Below the pieces are notes generated by a model. The model worked only from the letters and a program-made list of their open reading frames with translations, made no database searches and was not told the origin of the DNA. Shown piece after piece: positions 39,317-52,424 of a DNA stretch of 64,000 nucleotides. The DNA comes from Trichoplax adhaerens (Eukaryota; Animalia; Placozoa): contig NW_002060953.1 of assembly GCF_000150275.1 (NCBI RefSeq), positions 166,286 through 230,285 on the forward strand, in the 5' to 3' direction. Position 1 is the first letter of the stretch; every line of letters begins with the position of its first letter. The position numbers were made by a program, and so were the translations under genes.

Positions 39317-42300
39317 ATGAGCTCCATTCATTCGAATGATAACCAAAACTGTCTGTCCAAGCGTGGCAATGACATTATTTCGTTTAAAGATACACTATTT
39401 GAAGCGTATATGTTGTGGCAGAAAAACCCTTACCACCCGAAATCGAATCCACAGGTAAAGTGAAAGCGATGCAGTATTACCCAGTAATAAACTATGAAAG
39501 GCATAGAAAAAAATAGAGCAGCTAGAGAGTTATCATGATGCGATCGTAGTAATGGTCTAGCTAAATAATCATTTATATTTATCTCACTTAAATCCCTAAT
39601 CACTTTGTCAAGTACATACGCGTATGTACTGATTGCCCTCCTGCATCATTCAATCTGTTTGCAGAATTAGTTAAGGAATGAGTTTGCTACTTGACTGCTC
39701 AAGACTCCATTTCCTCGGATAAATATATCATTTTGTTCGTAGTATTAAAAGCAATGGCCTCAGTCATATCCTCTAATGTTAGAAAATGTCTTGCTGTTAT
39801 TTAGGGAATAATCAATATGAATACAAGCGAAAATAAGACAGTATCCGATATTTTACTACCCAAGGTCAGCATCAGTGTTCCAAATTAATCTATCTATAAT
39901 ACGAACTTGATAAACTTTCAATGTGTATAATTAGTTATAATGTAATAGAAAATGACTATTACTCGGTCATTACAATGAACAATTGAGAAACTTACGTAGC
40001 GAAATACTAAGTGCAAACGTTGTTAATTTTACAAATCTTGATTGAAGAAAGCAATTCGACTGTATACGAATAGTTTTGTTTGAATTAATAAAACTTTCTT
40101 ATTAAGTTGAATGAGGGTATCGAAATTACTGAAGAAATGTTATATTACGGAAACTTAATTGGCAGAGATTAGTAAGATATTTTCATGTATAACTACATAT
40201 AATGAATTCCAAATAAATGATAAAATTCTACATAATAGTGCAGTAAGTCACTAGAATACTCGTACACAAACGTTGATAGCAATGTCATATATAAACTATA
40301 CACTTCGGTTCTGACCATCGGTTTTTTATACCCTCACAGTTTCCTCCAAGCGATGGCAAATTTCTTGACAAAATATTTTAAAGCATCAAGGCCTGTACTG
40401 AAGGAAGAGGTATACCATTGCAAATGAGATAAATAGATATTTGTATTAAATGTCCAGTATTACTGTGACTGTATACATACATTGTAGTTTGCAAATGATA
40501 ATTTCACGAATCTTTACTGTCTGATTGCTCATAAAGGACACTACTGAACTTCATTTATAGACTTACTGTCAGTGTTGTTAAATGCACCTTATAATCGTAT
40601 GTTATATTTTGTTATATAAATCATGAGCAGACTTAGATCATTTATGTACTCTACATTAAAATTATAATTAAACTACTCACTGATAAATGTATTTTCTTAT
40701 AGCTAATCGGTTTATGTGGCGCAGGGCCCATAATTAACATTGTTGGTAGTGTTGTATGTGACCCAGAAGGTACAACTGGAGAGTTTGATAGCAATGAATA
40801 ACCTTTAGCTTAATACGAATTGTAATTAAATTAGTTTAAGGTCTGACCTTCAAACTTATTCACTATGGCTAATCACCAGTATTGATCTCCGTATCAAAGC
40901 TGATAATGAAAATTAGTTTGTAACTGACTGTAGTTCATGAGAAATATGCCTAGATAATGATACTGAAGGTTTGATAATTTTTGATAGAATATTTGCTTAT
41001 CCCATCCCCTTACTATGGTGCGTTTGCACCTGATTTGTCGTTCATGTCGCAAGTTCGATTATTTCCAGTGGACCTTACGTCTGAGGTAACGCTCCGGGGC
41101 TGTATGCCTGAAACTTAACAAGTCTGAAAGTTTACGCCGACAGAAGCTGCTAATCGAATGCTTAGAGTTTGATTACATTTCATGTTTTCTAGATTAAAGA
41201 ACCTTATTTGGAACCTTTTCAATTAACTGTTCCAGCCTTAGAGAAAGCATTGCAGCAAGCAGTATCACAGGTTGGTATTTATTAATTTTAAAGAGTCTTT
41301 ATGCCATCTGTACTTGTTAATACTCTTATTAATAAATACAGAATTGAATGTACTGTATTATATTATTAATAGTAACTTTGTAACTGATACTTTATTGTAG
41401 GGAAAAAGGGTTAAAGGCTTCTTATTTTCTAATCCTGTAAATCCTTCAGCTTCCTATTTCACGAAGCAAATGATTAAGGATTATCTAGACTTTGCTCATA
41501 GGTCAAATTCGCTTTAGAAATACTTGAAAAAATTGTAGCCGATAACTTATAAGCCTATCTTGTTTTTTTGACATAATAGACATGAACTCCACATTATATT
41601 CGATGAAATCTATTACTTGTCCAGCCATGCGCCTGATGCTGATGTTATTAGCGTGCTGAGCATGATTAATGAGTAAGCAAACAAATTTTACGTACGATGT
41701 TTGATTTGTCAAACATTTCTTGAGTAATTTATGAAACATCACTTATTGCAGACTACCCGATCCTAAGAGAACCCATTTCATTTGGGCTTTCAGTAAAGTA
41801 TGTCGGTAGCTTAGCCAAATAATAATGTAACAATATAAGAAATAGCAACTGCACTGATAGAGGATTAGCCACTATTGTGCCTATTCTATTAAATCTCAAT
41901 CGCACATTTGCCGTGTTTTCGTTACACTTAAAGCAGATACATTAATTTTGCAAACGCCTCTACGTAGGACTTTGCTAGTTCCGGTCTCCGGGCAGGAATA
42001 CTATGGACGCAAAACAGTGAACTTGCAGCAGCAGCAGGGGCATGCTCTCGATTTAGTGGAATATCACCTCCAACGCAAGTCCGTATAGTTTTACTTTTTG
42101 CAATAAATATGACGCTTTGGATAAATTTAGGAATGTATTCAACGTAATTTATCAATCTCTTCATTTCATTCTATATCTTACAGAAACAACTGACCAATAT
42201 GATCACTGATTACGGTATCGTAAGCTTTTGCGTTAAATTAGATTGATGTAACGATTGATTGAAATGTTACTTACTATGCGAATAAATTGATATTTTTCAA

Positions 42301-43056
42301 AGATTGGCTTGACAACGTTTACTTCCCTACCATGCGTCGACGATTAAAGGAAAGCTACGGAATAGTACGTCAAACTCTTGATGAATTAGATATTCGATAC
42401 GTTATCCCTAAGGCTGGACTCTTTGTATGGATAGACTTGATTAAGGTATTATGAGTATTAAAGGCTCTACTATCTTAAATAATTACAGGAGCTTAATACT
42501 AATGCTATATTACATGAGTAGTAACTATTCTCATGTCATTTTAATATGCCCTAAGGTCATCATAAATTTACTATTTTATTCTGTGAAAGTGACCATGACT
42601 TGGTATTTCCAAGTGACTAATTTCAGTACTTCACATATCGTATAGTTCATGCCGTCGGTTGATTTGGAAGGAGAAAGAAAGCTCTGGTTGTCTCTGGCAG
42701 AAAACGGCGTTGGAACTGCTCCTGGATTTGCCTTTTATTGCAGTGAACGCGGATGGTACAGAATCATCTTTTCATTGCCGGTGGCGGATGTTACCTTGGG
42801 TAAGATCTAATATAATTTACCTTTCCAAATAAGATTTAAAAGGGTTCGTAAATATATTTTCATTCATAATAAAATTTCTAGCCATGGAACGTTTTAAAAA
42901 TTATTTGTTAAAGATCAGAAACAAAGAAAATCGCAAGCTTTTCAGGTAACAGCTTTACATTATAATTCTGTTATTTACATTTACTAACATCATTCGTTAA
43001 TTACACTTAATTACAGTCCAAGAAAGGAAAACCACGCAATAAAAAGCCGTCTTTAA
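39317..43056 (+). CDS. ACCS: ACC-synthase-like PLP-dependent enzyme, paralogue B, 16 exons, predicted C-terminal PTS1 (-KSRL)
   Basis: Same exon structure and motifs as paralogue A, with an intact reading frame. The last intron (42946-43016, CAG|GTAAC donor, TACTAAC branch point) yields ...FSPRKENHAIKSRL*. Confidence 0.88.
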
Positions 43057-43872
43057 GAATTTTTAGTCTTTACGCTGAGTCAGCGTAAAAATTAGGTTTC
43101 AACTCATGGATATATAATATTACTATTCTCCCAATTTCCGGCAATAGCATAGCATAGTTTATATATTTTCCGATTTCGAGTATGGCATTGCTAAGGTTAG
43201 TTATTCAAATTCTAAAAGATAATAAGGACAAAATAGGTTATACTTATACATAGGATTATAGCGAAAGTTTATCGACTATTATACGGCTCTTTTAGTGAAA
43301 TATTGAATGCCAATATAATGACGTAAAAACTAATATGTTGCGTAAGGCCAGGATTGTTTCGCACCTATCTTTCAACTAATCGCGGTTGATGAGACTTACA
43401 ATTGAGTGCATATTATATATTTACGCAAATTATGTAACCATACTTTATTAATGATATCATCATTAGCTTAGATTTGAAAGTTTCAGTGCTAAATTGTAGA
43501 CATGTCACGTAACAGCTACGGTACAATATAACGACTTTTTTCTTCTTTAAGCGGAGCATGCTTTAATTAATGTTGCTGTATATGACAAAGTAGGGTATTG
43601 TTAAATTAAATGTATCATATTTGACACAAAATGCAATAAAGGAGCATTCAAACGGATGATGCACAAGTTCGAAACCACCTATTCAAGCAATTTCACGCGA
43701 CAATAATTGGATTTCCGCGAAAAATATAATATCCGTCAATCATTTACTAGCACAAACTAATACTGCGAACAAAGAATTCTAAACTAAATCACGAAGTTAT
43801 TGCTCTTACAAGTCTTAAGAAACATCAGATATTGAAAAAATAGCAAGAATAACTACATCCTGAATACGATTA

Positions 43873-45609
43873 CTAGACATCATACAATACATCCTTCAAA
43901 AGAAGTGTATTCCTAACTTCAGCAATTTCTTGTTGCCGCTGTAAGAAAGACAGTAAAACCATTAAAATTGCACGAAGAGAGAATTATTTTCGCCTTGATT
44001 TTAAACCTGAAAACCTAGTAGCGTTCTAAAGTAAGAAATATTTAAAAATGTTTACCATCCTTTGCAAAGTTTTCTTCTTCAATCCCTGAGCTTCTTTCTT
44101 AATTGCACAGTGAGCGCTAGCAAGTCGCTTTTCATAGCGTTCGTCAATACTGCTGATAGAATCAACATACATTTTGCACGATTCATGCAAATGTGTCAAA
44201 TATTTAGCATGCAAATTTCTGACTTCCATAAGCAATTCTTGATGCTGTTGAAGAAGGGCCTAGAAAGTATCGCAAAACAAGATATACTGTAACATAGGTA
44301 ATATCTCCCTTAATATACTTTCTTCTTCAATATAAACTCAATATATTATCCTTACATGTACTTTATCTTCAAATCTTTTACTATCTTGTATTTCTTCTTT
44401 CCAAGAATTCATTATATTAGAAACAGTAGCTTCAAAATTCTCCGTCAGTTCTTTACTAGTTTCCAAAATTTAATGGATGAAATAGTATATATGTAAGGAT
44501 AAAAGTACACGGTACTGTACTATCTACGACAAATGGAATCACCAATTGCCAAATGGTTTAAGCTAAATTTTCAGAAATACAGTATCATAAACTTATTTAT
44601 TAGTTACCGATCCCTTCTGTGAGCTATCCAAGTCTCTTCTACCTTTTTCTTGCTTGATGACAAGGAGGATAAGGTAAATTCTTCCAATAGCTTTTGCTTT
44701 ACATTCAGTGATTTTGATACATTTACTAAACGATGTAAGTCAAGAAAAAGTTCCGCCATTAAGTACGTACTGTGACAATGTCTTATCAAAATAGTTCATA
44801 TTTTATTCTTAAAAAATCGAAATTAGCTTAGGCATAGACAACAGTGTTCAATTTCGATAAGAGATTTCCTTTATAGGGCTTCCCAAATACCTTTCAAGCC
44901 ATCCACGAGTTTCTGAACTTCGTTACTGATTTCAAACACAAATGTTTAGGTACATTTTAATTAAAAAATCTCACACTATAGTGCGATATTTTCGAACGTT
45001 CTTTTGGACTAGAGTATAAGAGCTTTACGAGCTGCGTATATTGTACTACGCATGTTATTAAATTTCTAATTGCAAATTAGCAATCACCCATAATTCGTTT
45101 CAGCTTAAGGTATTGATCTAGTTTTTCTGTACTACGTCATACTGTCAATTTCATAACAGACAGGAAAGAGAAAGTTTTTACCACTACTACAGTAATTACC
45201 CAATACTTTCAGGTCCGGTAATTACATCTTCGTCCTTATAATCGCCGTCAGAAATTTCAGATATTACGCCGGTGTCGCTTTCAGTGTTTGAATTTGGTGA
45301 ATGTTTTCCTATATCTATAATATGGTTAATCAATGAGTTCTATTTAAGAGCTACAACATGGTTGTAGAATTGTTAATTTAGATTAAAATTGAGAGTATAG
45401 CTACATATTACATCAGTTAATGCAAGACAAGGACAATTATACGCTTGGTACAAGTACGAAAATTAAATTATCCATTTTTTTACGCAATATGCCTTCATAC
45501 CTTTGCTATCGGTTTCAAAATTATCATTTTTCAAGTCTTTAGAATAAGTATTGCAACGCTTTTTCTGCTTCGGAGAAATTTCACTTTTCCTCTTTCTCCC
45601 GATAGCCAT
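43873..45609 (-). CDS. SYCP3: Synaptonemal complex protein 3 (Cor1/Xlr/Xmr family), 7 exons, ~248 aa
   Basis: Exons 45609-45501, 45314-45200, 44925-44891, 44725-44608, 44455-44356, 44259-44056, 43938-43873, phase-consistent. GNEVQKLVDGLKVNVSKSL..LEEFTLSSLSSSKKKVEETW...W...KKEAQGLKKKTLQRMRQQEIAEVRNTL aligns by eye with vertebrate SYCP3 ([51 protein letters not shown]). Confidence 0.88.
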
Positions 45610-46310
45610 GTTTAAATATTATTATAACAAACCAAATTAAATTGGAGTCTACTTGGATAAAATAAACCCGTTTAAATATATTTTAGACGTTAATCACAGT
45701 CAATAATATTATATATATAGTTTTAAAATTAGCTAGATTTCTAGGACCAGATACACAAATAACTGCTAGAAAATGGTATTTTTCACAAATACTGTAGGCA
45801 CACAAAACTCTCTGCAAAGTCCACATAGATAGCGTATACTGTACATAAATTCATTAATGCGTTTGCGAATTTTGGATACCACGCTGTTCAAGAATAACTC
45901 TATGTAAAAAACACGGCAGAAAACTTTAACATATTAATACAGTCCATTAATGAGTAACTATTTTACGTTACCGAAATATTCTCATGACTAGTAAATTAAT
46001 CCAATAGTAGACTATGATCCCACCTCGAGAAGATAGAATCAATTATATATAAATTGCATTCCCCTACAAACTATTGCTGCATCTCTCGCAAAATGAGACT
46101 ATGACTGCTAATTCAGGTCCAATTTTTCATAACCATAACCACTTACATAGTACTACCTTACACAGTTTGAAAAAATAAACTAAAGTAAAACGATTGGTGT
46201 AAGCATCCTTTCGAAACTTAAGATATTAGGTAGGCCAAGCGCTATGATACTGAAGCTTAAATTATAATTATGGCCACTATTTTTTTGGAGCCTTTCATTC
46301 TCAAATGGAA

Positions 46311-46962
46311 TTTTTTCACAGAAATTCAATGAAATTGTAAATTGAGTGCTACGTACTTACAGTGCCTGCCAATGAATTGATTATGAGTTGTAACTACTGT
46401 AGTTTAATAATAATACCTGTAATCGTTGAGTACAGTCAATATAACCTAATTGCAGTATGCATAATGATGACACTACTGGTATGCTTCGCCACAGTTGAAT
46501 TTGAAGCGCAGGGTGAAGCTCAATGAAATTGTAAATTTAGTGCTACGTACTTACAGTATCTGCCAATGAATTGATTATGAGTTGTAACTACTGTAGTTTA
46601 ATAATAATACCTGTAATCGTTAAAACCTATTTACTACAATGATGGCCGACATTTCTTCGAACTTTACGATGTTATTAGGCAGGTGTTAAGAATAGAAACA
46701 TAACTTTCAAGAATAAACTACAGCTAAATTTTTTAAAGCCTTCCTATTATTATTAAATAGCATTTTTTTCAGAGAAATTCAATGAAATTATCAATTCAGT
46801 AGTACGAATTATTGAACTTACCTGTCACTGAAATGAGGATTGTAACCATAATAATCATGAATTATAATTATTATTGTTAGTGTAATGAATACCGATACCG
46901 TACACTACAGTATAACAATGGCATTACTTCACTACAACAAGGTGAAACGCAGGGCAGTGAAG
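46311..46962. repeat. Local tandem-duplicated module (~195 bp) upstream of SYCP3
   Basis: 46326-46427 and 46520-46621 are nearly identical. A more diverged third copy lies at about 46764-46962 and shares 'aaattcaatgaaatt' and 'gaa.cgcaggg..tgaagc'. Confidence 0.85.
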
Positions 46963-48589
46963 CAAATACTGCCCTTCAATCAACATTCAACAATCACCTT
47001 TGCAGCTAATCGTGCTATTAATTATTGGTGAGTGTACACTGTACAGTATAGTGTACAGTCTATGTGTTCGATAAATTGTACTAACAGTACAGTAGATATT
47101 CCTGTTTGCCTTACCGAACTTGTTCAAAGTGTAACAGAGAAGGATATGCTAGAAAGTTGATACATTTACAAGTAGATTAAAATGCATCTTCCAGAGCTAA
47201 ACTAGATCATTTTTACGCAGCATATTCGTATCTACTTGTAGTAAATTAATTCAATATCCTGCAACAGATCCCTTGATGAATTCGAAATGTTGAAACACAA
47301 CACGTGTATAAATTTTATTTGAATTCCGCGTCAACACTCAGGATCATATTTGCTAGATGAACTGTGTCCTTGGCAATGAGACGAACGATGCCTATTAATT
47401 ACCTCTTTAGAAGTATTTGTTCATTTTATAGCAGATGCACAGTGCATGCGATATCACAGTAGCAAGGAAAATCAGTTTATAAGAAATAATATCACTGTAA
47501 AAGCATTCTAATGACAACCAAAATTAGTACGACGAGAATTTGATGTTTATTACCCCAATTACCACCAAACTTGGGGTTTTCAAACGGAAAATATTTCATG
47601 TAAACCTGCACAGGGATGTTACATTTTGTATCTTACAGTAAAGACAAAAATTAATAATGTATATTATAAGGTATACTCATATCGGTACGTATATCGTACG
47701 ATCACGCTTCGAACAAGACGTTCAATAAAGTTGAATTTGTTGCATATTCATGAAATAGCAAATTGCTTGAGATACTGTATAACCGCTGCGGAATATAGAG
47801 ATATATATATATATACAAAGAATGAGGTTACATCAAGGAAAGAACAAAAAAATCTGAAGAATGGAAAGAGCGCACAAAAGTCTACGAGCATGTTAATTTA
47901 AATTATAATTTTTATATAGAAGAACTGAAAGCTCTATTATTTCTAAGTTGATTCCGATGTGAGCGCTTAAAATGCTCTTGATACACTGCAACAAAACAGC
48001 GTACGTCATCGCTCAAACTCATTACGTTTTAATACAGTATGTGCATACTACAATACAGACAAGTAAATGCATTTAAACTTGATAGAATACCTGATAGCAT
48101 ACTTCAATAAATTTCTGGTCAATATAATACGCTATCGTTTCGAGTAAGATGTATGTTGTCTAAAGGTACAGTAATACTATCATATTTGACGATAAAATTT
48201 ATGGACTTAGCCATACACAATAAAGATAGAAGTAATTTAAAAATGCTAAATAAGCATCTGAATACTACATAGCCGAGAACTCACAGTCTACCTGCTCATA
48301 ATGAATAGATTTCATAAATACTAATCATCTATATATCCAAGGTATAGGACAAACTAAGCTACAAAACTGCGGTTAGAACATTTATTACTCAATACCATTG
48401 GAATGTTGCAGCAACAGAACTAGTGGTATAAAGTAAAATTAAAAATTAGAAAGCAACACGGCATAAAACGTGTATAGCGTCACCGGAACTTTGATATGTA
48501 ACATACTGATTTCGTGCTGACTTGGAAGAGATATCAGCAAAATTATGCATTATAGCAATGCTATTGCATTAACCACTCATTTTTTATTC

Positions 48590-50792
48590 TCAAATATTTG
48601 GTATTTCCTTTAGCGCTTCAGAATTGGAATCTAGTTGAAGCTTTTCACAAGCACCCGTTGACGAATCGCTACACTGGCTTGATGACAATGAGTCTGCCGA
48701 ATGAAGCCTCCTAAATTTTAATCGATTATCTGTTTCTCGGAGTGAATAGTTAATTCGCTTTAGAGACCCATTTGCTTGCTCTCTACGTCTCCTATAAATT
48801 GATATAGAATTCAGTGAGCTGTTTATGCCGTATACTAATATAGCTTACAACAACAATGCATACCCCTCTCAGTCTGTGATACTTTTATGAGGTACATAAA
48901 TTTAGCAGACTTCTCATTACGCAATGTCAAATTAAGATTTCTCACCGCTTACAGTATCAAGTAGTAGTACAATAAACAAATAAAAATGAAAGTAATAGTG
49001 TTCACTAGTTTAACTACTGAACATACGTATATTCCAATACATCCACGTAATCCGATATAAGGCTAAGTTTGCGCTAAGAGATATGAATAGCAGTAGCAAT
49101 ATACCTTTCACATGTCTCGCACTTGCAATCCTTATTGTTATCACCAAAAAAATTGTCACCGTAATAACAAGTAACTTCATCACCGGCCTTTAAATCGCGA
49201 AGAACTTTTACACAAGCTGTATTTCTACCGGTGGAGATAAACTGTATACAATCAATCCAAAAATAGATAGATATAAAATTAAGGCTCTTATTTCATGATT
49301 AATTCAGCGGGGTACGTCATTTACAATATTACCTTACAAGATGGTCGACAGTCTGGTACCCGAAAAAGAACAAAGTAATGGTTATAAACATCTTATTTAA
49401 ATTAAATGTTAATTTCTATCAGTAGCCAAACGTCCATTTTACAACTTAACTTCGAGTAAATACTAACTTGCGATAAATAGCAACAGCAAAGAAATAGTTG
49501 ATAAGCCCATCGTTTTACATTAGCTACTATTAAAACTAACCGTGATTGATGTAGGCCGCAGGCCCAAGCCACAACTGCGAACACTTCTTTCTGGTAGAAA
49601 ACATGATACTAAAATCATTCTCCCCGGGCAGAAGGAGACGCTTCTCTTCATCTTCTGTCATTTCAGCAATACAACCACATAGATCATGTATTTTGCTCGA
49701 TTTCAGCCTACAGTACAACAAGAATATTATTTATTTAAACCAAATCTAAGCATTAACTTCTTAGCAAGCGATGAACGAAATTTAATAATACATCTGCTAT
49801 CTTTCACTGTACAAGCTATAGTAGCTTTACGAGATGTCTTAGTCAAGCCATCATACCAGTAACGTAAGGTATGAAGTAAATGCCTTAGCAACGAGGTATC
49901 ATTTAAACTTCACTTTGCAGTATATTTAATTATAACAGAAGCGTGCTAATGCAATATCATACCATTCCGTTGTTACGCTTATCTTTGCTTCTAACTTTTC
50001 TGCAGAGTATCGCCTGACTGGCAAAATGCTGAAGCCACTATTTGGCGAAAAAACTCGTAGATAACGGCATAGCTATAGTTAGACAGAATATGATATTAAG
50101 AACCAAGGCACGCAGTAACTTTACAGCAAACACTACTTAGGCACAAATTAATCTGCAAATTGATCCCGCTCAAGTCTTAACTACTGAAGTTAATCATGCA
50201 AAGCTACTGCTATATGTTAGTCTTCATTTAGCTTGAGTACTAAGCAATAACTGCAAAATAGAACTGTATCATCACCTCATATTCAGCAAATTTATTAACT
50301 TTTGTACCAAATCTACAACTAAAATGATGATAATTTACACTATGCAAAACTTTCGTAAATTTAATATATAAAATTGACAGTTGATAACATTGCATAATCT
50401 ACTGAAAGCGGATAGTGAAATATACCTATTACCTAAAAGCTTCACAACAGTGCAATTATTATTTTAAATCAAATCAAGCAAAAGACTGAAAGAGTATTTT
50501 TTTAAATAATATTCAAATCAGTATTCCTTACATGCTCTTTGAAAAGTTGCTTTTGAAGCGGGTCCTTATTCATCAAATAATGGCATGCCCACTTCGTAGA
50601 TAAAATGCCATTACACGCTTCATCCAAATTGCCTGAAGATATGTACTCTTCGACGATACTTCGCAGCTCTTCTCTATTGCAGGTAACCCAGCGAAACTTG
50701 GGGTTCATCTTATGCGTTTTAAACCCAAGCAGAGGGTCAATAACCAGGCTGATCGCAATATCGTCGTATTCAGCTAATTGACTCGCTTGCAT
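48590..50792 (-). CDS. KMT5B: Histone H4K20 methyltransferase Suv4-20 (KMT5B/C), 6 coding exons, ~298 aa
   Basis: Exons 50792-50532, 50072-49963, 49707-49541, 49352-49333, 49241-49105, 48791-48590. Motifs: [68 protein letters not shown], post-SET CKCETCE, and [10 protein letters not shown]. Confidence 0.95.
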
Positions 50793-52424
50793 TGATCCGA
50801 TCAACACCAATGATTAGAACGTTGCCTCTAAAGAATTTGCGAAATCATCAATCGCCTCGGAGTTATGTGCCGGGGATCTATATAAGCGTGGCATGATGAT
50901 GAATACAGTATTAAGAAAAGCAAAATGATGAATATGCAACCTCTATTAAGTAATACTTAGAGTGCATCAAGAGTAAAGTATCCGCTTTAAGGAATTCAAT
51001 TACTAAGACTGCCAAACGAGGTCATTTATGTAAACTCTATGTGATTTTACAAATTCACGTGTACTGTACAGTAGTTGCTCCTTTTCTTATTGGGGCTTCA
51101 AGTAACAGTTGATTTGACTATAGAAGTTCCTAAATCATCAGGACCATACGCGTAGATGTGTATTGCCGTCGAACAGCAACGATTCGACCTGAATTCCCGT
51201 TTGCGATATAGGAATAAACTATATAGCCCTCCAGTCCTTTGTCTTCTTTTCGTAAATTATGTATTACAATATACGAGTACATGTAGTTTCTAATGGAAAC
51301 AGTTTCGATTCAATATTTTCCATTTATAAATTGTATATGTCACATTACGTGTAAATTTGTTAACGTGAGAATTTCCCAACAGTGCACGACTTTGCAAGGT
51401 GGCAACGATATTGCACTAATACGTTGTTCTGCACAATGAGTACAAACACGTCACCATCACACTACCCCGAATGGTTCTGGTGGACTCCTGGAAATTAACG
51501 AACTGTCTCTTTCATATCCTAAAGTAAATGTATCTAACGTACTCATTATTCACCACAGCAAAGGCCACTCCTAAGAGCCGATGAATAAGTGCATAATATT
51601 AAGTATTATTCCAACAATAAAAACGGCCGTAATACTATATACAAAAGTACAACTACTAGACACCAATTTTTTAATTATATCTGCTAGCAATGTCTCTAGT
51701 CAGTTTCAAAACATTGAGATTGTATAAGTTCAATGTTATCTGAAGATACTGAGTTCATTTTATTACAGTAGGCTTTGCAAATTATGATTCTATTTTATTA
51801 ATTAGTTCTTTCTTCAAATTGAATTTCAAATTTTAAATTTTCGGAGTACTGTGTCAAATTTACGCTACAGCATGTATTGTACAGTTATATTGCATAGTGT
51901 AGTATTAAACAATAGTAGTCAATTGATCGATTCCGAAGGAGAGATCAGTAGGACCAGGAACTTGTAAAAGCGTTCAATTTTCTCCTTTAAGGTACACAAT
52001 AAGTTATAAGTTATTGCCGTTATTACAACTGCGGAATGCCATATATATTTAAATTATAACGTATTATCTAATTTATCGCTGTCATTTACCGCTGTAGTTG
52101 GAAATGTTGCCAAATGAATCGTTGCCTGAGTGTTTCGATGTCTGTCTGAGCTAGCCTGAGCGCGTACTTTGAATAACGCTAAGTAATACACAGTACTAAA
52201 CTATTGCAGTGCCAAAATGACAGCATGTACAGAACCTAGCACACTTACAACCTATTCTACAAAAGTCATGGTTGTCTCATATTTTATTTTATAGTAAATC
52301 AATTCTTTCCTCACCTGAAAAGCTAAAAAAGCTCACCAAATTATTACTTTCGAATTTCACGATCTAATTAGCTGTCTTACTAGGCATCGCCAGTGATGGT
52401 TACTGTGACTTCTCTTTTCAGAAC

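Noticed and set aside
41503-42164. Minus-strand ORFs of 78-79 aa
   Set aside because: Antisense shadows of ACCS-B exons.
44978-45065. Extra SYCP3 exon candidate
   Set aside because: Its phases do not fit the neighbouring exons. Direct splicing of 45200 to 44925 is in phase and restores the GNEVQ motif.
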